DNA of 53,319 nucleotides, counting the filler, from Sluysia triapertura (taxonomy: Eukaryota), in the NCBI GenBank assembly GCA_046118255.1. It is 4 parts of 4 records of this genome, joined end to end, with 100 filler letters (N's around TTAATTAATTAA, not from the genome) between each part and the next. Parts side by side here need not be neighbours in the genome. Positions count along the whole stretch, not along the records: positions 30,376 to 41,896 come from JBJNIA010183790.1; positions 41,997 to 53,319 come from JBJNIA010185990.1; 2 more parts are not named here. One strand, 5' to 3'. Numbering within the stretch: position 1 is the first letter of the stretch; each line of letters begins with the position of its first letter. The position numbers and the translations under genes were made by a program. The notes beneath the pieces were generated by a model that made no database searches, was not told the origin of the DNA, and worked only from the letters and a program-made list of their open reading frames with translations. Positions 39,539 to 52,480 of this stretch are shown here, in pieces.

Positions 39539-40294
39539 CTTACTCTGTCCCATATTATGGGTTTTTTATTTGTTCCAAATTATGGTATGCAAAATTCTCA
39601 AAACGTAACATGAACGTTTTTCTTTGGTCAAACAGAAACATTTTTCGTCTCCAAGTACATAGTTATACAGATCTTCAAAATGTCCATCAGATTTTAGGCG
39701 GGCCTGTTCATTTTGATCTGCGAGTAGTGTCTTCACAGTTGGTGATACTCAATTTATAGGATTACCCTTGTTAAATCTTCGGAAGAGTGTCGACTTATGA
39801 ACATCAATTAAGCAAACATTAACCACGGTTAAGAGGGATATCTTTAATTTTGTCTAAATTAGCGGAATAATCGTTGCGTTTTCGACTATATTTCTTTTTC
39901 TTTTATGACACATCTTCAGTAAATTTTCCTCCTTCGTATTGTTTTTTAGCTCTTCGGCATATTCTATAAGCAGTCAAACGAGAAACTTCAAATTTACAAG
40001 CAGTTTTTTTTGGTTTGTTTAAATAAAAATTGTAGCATTGTGCTTCTTTGATCAGCAATTAATTGTTTTGATTTGATACTTGTTCTTTGAAAACGGTTAT
40101 GTTTTGAATTCATACCTTTTTAATTTGAATTAATTATCAATAATTTTTTGACAATATTGAAAATATTTATGAAACAGATATAAAGCAAAATACCTGCAAA
40201 GCCGTCTACTTGTATTAAGAGCACTTAATTCTAAATGCATCCATAATCAAAACGTGTTTATGTAAATGTACAGCATAATTTGGGACAGAGGGAA
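39539..40294 (-). mobile_element. Internally deleted mariner with Stowaway-type TIRs (DD39D/Soymar-like)
   Basis: TA on both sides. 21-bp TIRs CTTACTCTGTCCCATATTATG / TTCCCTCTGTCCCAAATTATG (17/21 match), resembling CTCCCTCCGTCCCA. Peptides DKIKDIPLN and VKTLLADQNEQARLK..FEDLYNYVLGDEKCFCLT (cf. VHIDEKWF). Confidence 0.8.
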
Positions 40295-41828
40295 TAATAA
40301 ATGTATTCTCTACCTTAATAATTTTTGATATTCGTTTACATTTTATAACCATTTTATTATTTGCTTATATTCTATTTTATTTCTGTGCTAATCTAAATTT
40401 GAAAACATTGGGTGTGTTTTATTCAAAATTTATAAACAAATCTCTCACACAGGAAGTAATGTTAATGATAACAAATGATATCACGCCAAAAATTAAAGTT
40501 CCAAAAGTATAAATAACTGATTTAATCAGCTTCAACTCTACAATTTAATGAAAAATATAATGCGCACACAAAAGAAAATATTTAAAAATTAGTTTAATAT
40601 TTAAGTATTAGTTTAACACAAATCGTAACTATTTTATTTTATAAATTTTTAGTTCAACATTTATACGAATGTTTCATTCATGTTTTGATACAATTACGAG
40701 CTTCTGATTATTCCGCTATAGTTTTGGAGTTACGAATGATACTCCAATACTCCAATTTTTCTGAATTTATATACTTTTATATATCGCCTTTTAAAATAGG
40801 CTTAGATCATAGTAAAAAACAGAATTACGAAAAATCCTCGTCAATTTAACATATTTTCTTTAAAGTCTGATTATATCATTTACTTAATATTTAATTATAC
40901 ATTAAATATAATGATTTATACTTACATAGAGTTATCCAAATTCGAATTATACTTGTTATAGTTATACACCTTGATCATTACATTGTTATTTGAGCGACTA
41001 AACACATTTATAAAACTTTATTTAATTCGGATTATAAAATCTTATAGAAGTGTCATAAGACGCCGGCTACAGGTAAACCAAAACAAATTTAATTTGCGCA
41101 GTAAATAAAACTGGAAATTAAATTCAACATTAAACTCCGTTACACATAACAGATAAAAAGCTAAAAACGTAGTTTCTTCAATGACTAGTTCAGTCGTGTC
41201 ATACTTCTCCCGACAGAACCTTTGTTTGGTCTGATACAAGATTTAAATGTTTTCGAGGTAATTTTATATTTAAAAAAAGAAAGAACGTATAACTTAAAGC
41301 TTCGAATCCATGTCTTCTGGTTTTCGGAATTGCATAATGACGGACAACTGTACGCGAGCGCACATTTTCCCAACTAATTCAAAATACAGGTCACGACCCT
41401 ATCTAAACATGATGCTCGCGCTGTTTCACCAAATTATGTCAAATTTCATAGATTCAGCTGAAAACTGTGCTTTATAATGACATATTTGATGCATTGTTCA
41501 TGACTATCAACTTCAAATGCAAGACGTCGAAAAGTGTAAACAAAATTTAAAATGATATTTCTGTCTTCAAAACTTTAAAACGTTATTTGTAAAGAATAAT
41601 TGAAAATTAATCTGAAATGCTAGTTTTGAAACAAAAACCATAACTGACTATTCAAAATCAAAGAAACTCAATATGTGACAATGGATGCCATCAATTATCA
41701 TTGTATTTAATGTACACTCTAAGCATTTATGTGTATTGATGACAATAGAACTCGCAATGTTTTATATCTTCGAGTTTCAAGATAAAAAATCTGACAATGT
41801 AATAATCACACTGAATTTGTTGCATTCT

Positions 41829-41896
41829 TGTAGTGGCCAAAACTCACAACCTAAAATTTATTAAAACATCACATTCAACATTCGTAACTCAAAAAG
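41829..41896 (+). repeat. 5' end of a TGTAGTGGCCAA-family LTR, cut by the contig end
   Basis: tgtagtggccaaaactcacaacctaaaa is nearly identical to the reverse complement of 15255-15282. Confidence 0.65.
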
Positions 41897-41996
41897 NNNN
41901 NNNNNNNNNNNNNNNNNNNNNNNNNNNNNNNNNNNNNNNNTTAATTAATTAANNNNNNNNNNNNNNNNNNNNNNNNNNNNNNNNNNNNNNNNNNNN
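41897..41996. other. Artificial contig-joining spacer
   Basis: N44-TTAATTAATTAA-N44. Confidence 0.98.
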
Positions 41997-42420
41997 ATAT
42001 ATGAGATATTTAAAGTAGAATAAAGTTGGATTTTAACGTGAGTTCACCAACGTACTAGGCTTACCAGTTAGAGCTAGCCGTTGGATTTGTAAATAAAAGA
42101 TTTTTGAAGTGAGAATAGAAAAACTGTCTAACGTGTGCGTAGTTTTACTAGGATATTCTTGGTTTATCAACTTTACTATTACTTTTTAAATTTAGTAGAC
42201 CTAGCTTAATGCTAGAGATATTTTAATAAAATTTAATGCAAAAAACTTAACGATATTTAATTTATAAATGTGTTATTAACTGAACAAATAGAAATAATTT
42301 ATAGAATATTTTACGAAGATCCCATGAAAAGGATCTATAAAAATGATTTTACGTGATTAGAGTTAAATTCTAATCGTTGAAATCTTTACTATACTGAAGA
42401 TTTTATAGTTGAAACTATTC
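41997..42420 (-). repeat. LTR-like repeat homologous to 31870-32160, at the contig start
   Basis: gtgagttcaccaacgtactaggcttacc..gccgttggattt is shared with 31878-31928; a second block of similarity lies near 42309. Confidence 0.55.
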
Positions 42421-45400
42421 AATAATGAAGGAATAAATTCTTTAAAAAATTTATTATACAATCACTGGTTTATACACTGTTATAAATAAAATAAATATAT
42501 TACGAGGAATTAGTTTTAATTCCTAAATTATTGAAATTTTAATAGTGATTTTACGTAATATCTATTATAAGATCTTTTTAGAAATAATTTACACAAATGA
42601 TTTTTAGTGGATTTTATGGGGATAATGTGTTAGTATCGACCCTTAAAATAAAATGAACTAACGTTACAAAATTAAATTATTTGAAAAAAACGAAGATTGG
42701 TTAAAGTCGATTTGAAACAATGTACGACAGCGTGCCACTGTATTAAGACTTGAGAGATCCATACAAATTCCGTATTTGTTAAAAATTTCTTTTGTGTTTC
42801 AATGTGAAAATGTGTAACTATTTATACTTGTTTCAGATCAACCTTGGTGACCTTTTAAACAATTTAAACAAATATAAAATTAAATATTAAATTAAATTTA
42901 AATATTAAATTTAACGAATAAGAATATTACATAATGCTTGCATTTTTTAAATTTAAATTAATTCCAATTAATAATGTATCAATAATAATTTCCAACGTTA
43001 AAAATAAAGATAAAATTAATCATTATTTATATAAAAATCAATAATAATAATAGTAATTTTGTTCATTTTAATTTTACACACTAAATAATCAATATAATCA
43101 ATAATAATAGTAATTCAATTTAATTGTCCACACATATAAGTAATTTTGAATTGTACACACGATACTTGATACTACACTATATTAACAGTTTGGATAAATA
43201 AAATGAAATATGGCGTTAATCCAAATGATAAATTTCCCACTGTTGTAGATAGTGATACTAAATTGTAATGAAATTAGATTTATACTAGTATATATACTTT
43301 AGTGAGGGCGTATAATCGTTACTAAAGCCGAAAACTTTAAATTTATGTTTTAAATAAATTAAGCTAACTAGAATTATATTTTCAACTAGAATTATAATTT
43401 TAATTACATATTTAGAAACAAATAAATGAACAAGATTTTTAGGCGTAAGGCCTTTTACAACAATTAAAATATTTAAAGTAAACAAATTAACCATTTTAAC
43501 AAAAAATTTATTTAATAAAAAGGAAACAAACATAATATATATAGTAACATACGTAGTATATATAAAGGTTCGATAAATAGTCGCTGAATTTGTGATGCAT
43601 TTTAGTATCTAGTTTTGATAGTGACATATAAGATTCTTTTAAAGTTTCTAATTGTAGTTTGGTCAATTTGGGATCTAGTCCGCATACTTTAGCAGAAATG
43701 ATTATTAAACAAAAACGATTTAGGAGCTTGAGTTAAATTGTGTAAAAATAATTTCATAGCAATGTTAGACGGTGACAAAGCATTAGTATATTCAATATCA
43801 TTTAAAATGATCCTGCTACTTTCAATAAATGAAATAAAACTATAGTTTTTATAAACATCTTCATATCAAAAATTTTTTAACTACATATTGATTTTTATTT
43901 ATGTCGTCTTGAAGAATAATTATTATTAATTTTAATTATTTTATATTTTAATATAATTTCAGGTTGTAAATTTTAAAAATCCACAACAATATTCATCTAC
44001 ATTTAGAGGAACAATAAGTTTTTTTGCATTTCAATGTATCAATCCAATAATAAAGTTCAGCAAATATTTGTCTGGTTAATTGATATTTTTCTAGCTAATG
44101 AATTAATGAATATTTTGAAATCATTTTCATATTTTTATGAATTGGTTTATTTTTAGCAAAAAGAACTGGAATTAAAACTGTGTTAATAGCAGTTAAAATA
44201 GTATTTGTTAATTCTGAGCTCCAGTTGGAAGGATTTTCAAACATCTCATTCATACTACAATTACTTAATGACTTTGATAAATCTAGAGTTTCATCTGATT
44301 CAAATATTATATAAATAATTCTTTATTTCATCTAATAATGGAATTACACTACAAAAAATTGATAAGAATTTATTCTATTATGAGGATAATAAGAAATTGA
44401 ATCAAATTTAGAGCAAATTTCTTGCCAAATTTCATCGAATTGATTTTCATAGTTATTTTCATAATTATTTCTGACGTTACTACACTGTTTAATTTATCAT
44501 TGCTTGTTTAGACAAATTTTATATATTTATTTTTACAAAATTATTATAAAAATTTATAATTAAAAAATTTTATTCAAATTACATCTTTCAAATTAAATTA
44601 AAATTAACAAATATAATAAAGATTTTGTTAAAATAAAAATTGTTGTTTATAAAGAAAAGTTTAGAAGAAATTGTTATAATGTATTAAAAAATTAAAAGAT
44701 GTCTACCAGTTAACAAATTTGCTTAAATAGAGAATGAAATTTTCATTTATTATTTAGTCACAATTTAATTCATTTGATATTAATAAGCCAATCAAATTTT
44801 AATTCATACTTACATCAATCCAGGTCTGACGCAGTTCATAAAATAAGCAGACAAAATTCAGTAATTAATAAGAAAAGTACTTCATCCACAAGAAATTAAG
44901 TACAAATAATCAAATTAATTTGTGAATTCGACAGTGAAGTTAATGGAGCTTTTGAATTATTTATCAGGAATTAGTATTAAATCGTTTGTTTTTACTAAGA
45001 AACTTATCATTTAGAGGAGCCATAAAATATTACCTAAACGCATTTTATTTTTTAAGATTGACTTTAAGTCAGCCACAACCTTCTAATATAACATTTTTGA
45101 AGACTCACCTTAAGCTAGCCAAAAAATCATAATTAAACTATTTGATTAATAATCGGGAATAAAGCCTAAGAAATTTTGTTCATAACATTTTTATCGCTAT
45201 TATATTTAATTGATGAAAATTGAATTTTATAATAACAATTTTGTTTCTTATAAATATTTAGACAAATTGATATTTTGTTTAGTGTTATATTATTTGAATA
45301 ATACCATTTTAGTAAATAAACGTTTATAGAGTCATTTTATTTATTTGTTGAATTTAATAAGAAATCTTTGAAAATTAAATTAATATATATTGTATTTAAC

Positions 45401-46659
45401 ATTTCCAGTAATAGTTTATTATTTGTGTAATGCAGAACTATTCAAGTTGCTTATTTTCGAAAATATTAATCTATTTTTCATTACCATAAAAATGTTATTC
45501 ATGTTACAAGTTAAAATATAATCAATTAATATGATATAATACTACTTTCATTTATGTATTGCTAATATCTGCTACGAAATGTCATAAAATTTCTGAAATA
45601 GAAATATCGATGCCCATTTTTCACAAAATTTATAATTTTTTTTTATCGATTTGATGTACTCTGGTAAATGCAATCTATACAAATACAATGTGTAGCTAAT
45701 GCTATTATCATTACATATTCTGTATAAATCGTTACATTCATTTTGGTTGCCGCGTTTTAATAACAAAGAGATTTTAAACTTCCTTAACATTCTATACTTG
45801 TTTTCTTTATCTGAGATCTCCTTTTTAATTGAAAAAATATTCTTACTGTTTGATTAAATATTACTTGGAACATTCCTATTTTTATGTGAAAGAATAATAA
45901 AATAATAAAACAATGAATATACATTGAGTTTTAATAAATTTTTCATTATTCTTTATTCTTTATTTTCATTATTTGCCTTTACAATAGTTTTATAATACAA
46001 TTATTATCATAAAGTAGATCGTTTTTTGACAGTTTCTTCTCACTTGCGAATTGCAGGTATTATTTGCTTAATTTAGTAAAACTCATTAAATATAAGTATT
46101 AATTAAATTAGAGAGCATTCAAACTGGAGTAAAAAATCAGATAAGTCATAATCAAAAAGGTAACACAATAGGTGAAAAATCGTAGTATCAGTATTTCAAA
46201 ACACGTACAATTTCAACGAGGAATTATGTAATTTAAAACATGAAGATGATCTTGACTCTTTTCTTTTTTAAAAATTTATACAAAATTATAAACTATATAA
46301 AATTTTCTTTCCAGCACCGCGTTTCAAAAGTGGACTATGGAAGTTAGCGCGTTCAAGCATTTGCGGTTTTACCATTAATATAGACTTTAATTTAGCATTT
46401 TCATTAAACATGATAACATATTTTAAGTATAATAAATATATCGACATTTATTTTTATTTTGTTTTCCATGTAGTTTACAGTATTAAAAGTTTCTTCAAAT
46501 ATTATAATTTTAACTATGTTCAGAAATTTTATAAAATTAAAATAGTAATTCACAAAAACTTTAAGTCTAATTTAAAATTAAAATTAAAATTTCACATCAT
46601 AACCCTCACCTTACAAAAACAATGTTTTTTATTTTTATTTTTCAGAAAATAAAAATTGT

Positions 46660-47335
46660 CTAATTGTAAAATTAATAAAAAAGATCAATACAAGAGGAAC
46701 ACAGAATTTTTCAACCAATATGGGAATTAAACTACTTTTTTTATAGAGCTAAAAGACAAAGCTTTATGTTTAATTTGTAAACAGACTATAAATGCTTTGA
46801 AAGATTATAATTTAAAACGCCATTATGAAATGCATTCAGAATATAAGCAGTATACGGGAAAAATAAGAGAAGACAAGTTAAAAAAATTAAAAAGTGAACA
46901 ATCATTTTTTAAAAGATCGTTTGAATGTCAAGTTCAAACTAGTTTCATTATTTCAGAACTTATAGCCAAACGTTCAAAATGCTTTACAGACGGTGATTTT
47001 GTTAAGGAGTGTATGTTAAAAACTGCGTAAGTACTCTTTCCCGAAAAAGTCAAAACTATTCAAGGCATTTCACTATCAAAATATTGAAAATAATTTGAGA
47101 AATATTCACCATTTTTCACTTGCTTGTGACAAAGATTTTACTGTGACTAAAGAACTCCTCGACATTTTATCTCTTAAAAACACCACAAAGATAGAAGACT
47201 TTTTTGAATCCGTCGCCGAGCTTTTAAGTAAATATATAATTTTTCTTTATCTAAATTAGTATGTGTATCTACAGACAGTGTGAAAACAATGACTGAAAGA
47301 AAAAATGGCTTTATAGCTAAATTATTAACTAAATA
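46660..47335 (+). mobile_element. Decayed hAT transposase, SPIN/Charlie (GTF2IRD2/EPM2AIP1-like) type, N-terminal half
   Basis: RIFQPIWELNYF, KALCLICKQTINALKDYNLKRHYEMH (BED-like finger), SELIAKRSKCFTDGDFVKECM, FSLACD, VTKELL and VSTDSVKTMTERKNGFIAKL, with stops and deletions. Confidence 0.88.
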
Positions 47336-48653
47336 TTAACTAAATTATTATACATCGCGTAAATTTGTAGGCAACTTTTATGTTTGTTTTTAGAATTCAC
47401 AGTGAAAAATAAGAAATTAAATTAATTAATATTCGAAAGTCTAACTTAGAGAAATATGCTGAAAATTTAAGTCAACACAAAATTTTACATGGAAAAGTGT
47501 TCAAAATTAAAATTGGGAAATGGAAATCGTTGAATTATTGGTAGATATATGTTAGAACTTTAAAAGACGATGCAAGGATGAGTATGGAAATCACAAATAT
47601 TTTATAAAGCAGAAAGCAACATTTCAATGATCTTAGAAACACAGAAGTACAAAGTAAAAAATAGTATCACTTTTCATAAACTGAGAATGCAACTTGAGCT
47701 GTTAAAAAAAGTGATCTAAATTGAATTCGAATACACAGTACCACTACGTATTCTGGCGGAGATTAATAATATTTCATGGGGTTTCATTATCCAGTAATTT
47801 AATTTATGTATATTGTGTAGTTGAGAAAAGAACACATCGCTCCAGGTTTAATTTTGATTACGTTAATGCACCGGTTTACGAATCTACAACATGGAAAATC
47901 ATATACAAGGTGAAAATTTTAATGTAATAAAGGCCAGCCAATTTCTCAAACGGCAAATATATTGATAATTATTTGATTTTCGTTTATACAGGCAATCAAA
48001 CAATAAATATTCCAAACTACGATAATAAAATATCAATCTGTAATCACAATAAATATCGACAAAATACATGTACTACACAATATAAATGATAGTTTCAGAA
48101 GTCGACTTATCGAAATTTTGACCAAACAAAGGAAATAGCGTTTATTTATGGCCTTTTTTGTGTTGCTTTGTTTAGAATTTTGAAACAATATTTCTTTTAA
48201 CTTTCCAAAAGTAAAACTAAAATTAAAAATTCTAAATATTAAAACTAAAAAATAATTCCTATAAAAATAAAAATACTTAAATTTAAAATAAATATAAGGG
48301 GTATAAAAAAGGTTTTGAAGGGCGTATTTGAGAAAACCTTATCTTTAAATGACATTATTCTTATCTCAAATCAATTTCTCAATTTGTTTTTCCATTGATC
48401 AAAATCATTGATCACGTCTTATTTCTTGTGAATAAAGAAACTACGTCGTAAGAGGAACTTTCAATAGAAATAATGTGCTGCTGTATAAGAAATGGAAATG
48501 ATAGAATAAAAAGTCCATTGAAATTCTTTTTTACGAGTGAATGAAAAAAAATGAAAAGCTAAATGATTACCAATAAATGAAACAATATAAATAGATCATA
48601 TCCTCTAACTTTGAATTTAAAAAATACTGCGTATCTTATAAATTTAAACAAAT

Positions 48654-48956
48654 TTAATAACAGGTATTCTTATTCGAAAAGTTACTGTATAATAATAAAA
48701 CTTTAAGTATAATTGGATAAACCACAAGTACGATACATAATATAGCAGATATATCCCTTAAATAATAGATTATTATAAGTATCTTGAAATCATTAAATAA
48801 AATCAAACAAACTGATAGACGCAGTCCTAAATCATCTGTATCTAATGGTGACAAAAATTCCTGTGAATTTATATTTCCTTTTTGAATTACTTCTTCAGTT
48901 ATTCGAACATTACAATGTATATTAGTCATACAAAATGTAATAATGATATTGTTCAA
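48654..48956 (-). pseudogene. Isolated membrane-protein exon, possibly an ABCA transporter TMD fragment
   Basis: EEVIQKGNINSQEFLSPLDTDDLGLRLSVCLILFND..IIYYLRDI resembles the ABCA 'E..G...F.SP...D..SL...LL.D....Y' segment before the last TM helix. No other exons found. Confidence 0.3.
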
Positions 48957-51029
48957 AATAATAATAATAGTAATAAGATTAAAATTATGAATAGTTTAAT
49001 AAATTTTATGCATCAGGTTACCAGGAAGTGATTTATTTAAAAACAAAATAAAATTTTATGTCCGGATTAAGTTGTCAAATGAAAGTTTATAATTGGTCGA
49101 TTTTCTTAGATAATTGTGTGTTTAAAAAATTTAATTCTATACTCATTTCTGTATACAGTCTTTCCGGTTAAGTTCTATACATTTTGATTGCATAAGTAAA
49201 ATACATAAATAAATGAAAGTCTAAAGTGTCATTAGTTATTAAAAAGGCTTTGATATCAATGATAATTTACTTTATTCATAATAATAATATTATTATGTGT
49301 TATTAATAATAAAATATAAAGAAAACAAATAAAATTTTACACAATGTTTTCAATAAGAAAAGTGTTTCAAAATATTTCTTGAAAATAAGCATTATTTCCG
49401 AATAAGTTTCAAAATTATATTCTTTTAAGAAATTTTTTGTGTTTGAACAACGAATAAACCTTTCGGACTCGAATCAAGATAATGTGGTGAGCATTTTAAA
49501 TCTAATTCTTTGATTAATTTTTGTGTTTATTGCAAAGAAGATAAAAAATATTGTATATTTATTTGTTTAATTTTTATTTTTCTCGTTTTAACCAGTGGTA
49601 TTTGATAATATTCGATATTTGTGTTTTGCTACTTTCCTATAAAATCAAGCAGTTTAAGACTATATTGTTTCTGAAATCAGATAACATCACGTCTCTGCAT
49701 TTTCCATTCACTAAAGTCCCTTCTAATCAGTTTGTCTTTAGATGAGTGCAATAATAGAGTAATTTCGAAACTTTTAAATTTAATATTGTGAAACAAATCT
49801 CGAACACAATTTTCTAATTCCGCTGAACGAAGTAACTTAAAAACTGATACAACAGCAATATTTACTTGTAAATATTAGTTGTGATTAGTTGTGACATATA
49901 TGAATATAAAAATTTTTGTGAATATTATTTATTATTATATTATTAATTTAAATAATGACATTACATTAAAAATTAATCATGAAATCTAAAAGTACATTTT
50001 TGAAAATTATTAACGAAATTTAAACTATAAAACTTAGTTGTTTATTTTAATTTAATTGTTAATGCAAATGTTTATAAACCACTAATTATTAATGTTTATG
50101 AAAACTTTTAATTTTTAATTCAATGTCTATTATATCTATTAAAAACGATTTGATATAAAATAAACAAAAACGAAAAGTACATGAAAATAGCACATATATA
50201 ACATCTTCACGTTTATGGGACTTCCAGAGTTAAGAGAAACTAAAAGAGATTAATTGAGAGAAGAAACGCTGTTAAATTATTATTTGTGGAATCTTTTGTC
50301 ATCGCAAATTTGATTATTCTTTGGAAACATTATACATCGCAAATTCGATTAAGGCTTTTGACAAGGGTGGTGCTTATCGAAACAGTCGTCGTTATAAATT
50401 TGGACAAAGTGGTGTCTTACGAAATAGTATTCTTAAAGGAATATTGCTTGTAAATCCTGCTGCGGAATTTGTATAAATCATAATTCTAAGTAAGCCAATT
50501 TTTATAAGAAGCACTGATAAACTCTGCATTAAAATCAGTACCTAAAATCTACTATATCTACCCAAGAATTAATCCTGGGTTAAACTCAGAACTAAAATTT
50601 TTAAATTGGATATCTATTTATTATTTAATACTTTAATTTTATTTGTGTTAATATTACTTTGTTAATAATATTACTTGAGGTTTCGATTATATTTGTATTA
50701 AATAATTTTTGTATGTTTATTTGATCAAAAAAGAATTGTCTCATAAAGTATTTTGTTTTTTAGAAATGGATAACGTATTATTTATAGCAAATGATAAAAT
50801 TTTGTCGAATAATCTATTTTGTTTTTCAGAAAGGAATAAAGTACTGTAATAGAAAGCGAATTAAAATTAGTTAATAAAATCAATTAAAGGTATTTTTCGG
50901 AAGTTGAATCAAATTAGTTAAGAAGCTCAAATAAAATATTAAAGTATTTTTTGAATCATATAAGTAGCCAAAAAAAGTTCGATCACGTAATTAGAGAAAA
51001 GACAGTTTATTGATCTTTAGATTCATTAA

Positions 51030-51354
51030 GTTTTATAAAATCCTGTGGACACGTCCGTATACGATAAATCGTGTTACACAGGCGGACCAATCTTAAATTT
51101 CTTTTTATAATTGTTCAAAGCTAAGGAATGCGAACATATTTAACCAGTAAATTGTTGTGTTTTTGTTATTGATATGATTTCCAAGAGCTTAATTTGGGGG
51201 TAAATATTTATTGATATTAAGAAATTTATTTAAAATTTATATTTGATCTATTGAATACTTAAATAATTGAGATTCTTTTTAAGCTAATTAAATTGATATT
51301 TATTTTAAATAATTTAATAATTTTTAAATACGCAACATAATTTTTGGTGCCCAG
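51030..51354 (+). repeat. 3' part of a 5' LTR ending ..CAACA (51337) followed by candidate PBS TGGTGCCCAG (51345-51354)
   Basis: Homologous to 17840-18110 and located about 400 bp upstream of gag. The TGG-initial motif is complementary to a tRNA CCA end; the tRNA identity is not established. Confidence 0.6.
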
Positions 51355-51760
51355 TATATTTGTTTTGTTACAAAATTATAGAATTTTGTTACTTATTTGA
51401 TTTATATTTTGATTAATTCAGGTATATTTTTAGTGTTGCTTTGGTTAGTTAATATATATTTTATTAATTATTTGATAATCATATTTGTAATTTTTGAGGT
51501 ATTTGGCCCATTTTAAGAATTTCTAATCATTATAAGTTTGTATTTTTAAGGATTATTTTACGACTATAGTAAAATAAATAAAATAAAATTAGTTTTCAGT
51601 CTTCTTTAGTATTTCTTGTTGTTAATTAAACTTGTAAATTTTTGGGCTGTTGTTATTTAGATAATTTTAGAGAATTGTAGTGTAATTTATATTTTAATTT
51701 ATAAAGAAAAGATACTTATTTTAATTTTGCAAAAAAGAGCAGTAAAACGAAGAGTTAGCA

Positions 51761-52480
51761 ATGCCTCGAGTAAGAGTGGTTAGAAATGATAGCCGCGTGC
51801 TTCCTTTAGATTCTTACGATGGAAACCCACATAGCTTATCGCAATTTATCACTCAATACCAAATAAGCTCAAACATTGCTGGAGTGAAGCAAAACATTGT
51901 GAAAAGAAGAGCTTTAGTTGCTTACTTAAGTATATGTGAAGAAAAAAGAATGAAATGGACAAATTTAATTAAGGAATTTGAAAATCGGTTGGTTACGAAA
52001 GATACTCAATTTACAAATGATAGGGAATTTAGAAACAGAATAGAAGGAACAAATGAATCCGTTACACAATATACTTTTGATCTGAAACAGTTAGCTTTAA
52101 AAGCATTTCCCAATTTTAGTCATGACCAGAAAAATGAATTAACAGTGCAGCAATTTTTGGATGGATGCAAGGAGCCGATTCGATCAGAATTGCTAATTTC
52201 TGACGCCACAAAAATGGAAGTTAGATTGTCGATTGCTCCATATGAGGCTAGTTTTATATTGAACCAATAGAGCACCATGATATTACAGTAAGTGGAAATG
52301 CTTATGTGCCGAAATATAATTTTTTAGATAAACGTCGTAGTACACATCGTTTTGGTAGTGCTTATAGAAATTTTAATGGTGAATGTAAAATGTCTCTAAC
52401 TCCGAAAAGGAGAAGATTACCAGTATTACCGAGAAAATTTAATAATAATCAATTTTATAATGGAAATAAAAAATGAATAA
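51761..52480 (+). mobile_element. Ty3/Gypsy gag (capsid) remnant with no pol following
   Basis: LDSYDGNPHSLSQFITQY..WTNLIKEF..RIEGTNESVTQYTFDLKQLALKAFP..QFLDG is a retrotransposon gag/major-homology-region pattern. A frameshifted Asn/Arg-rich tail follows 52270. Confidence 0.85.
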
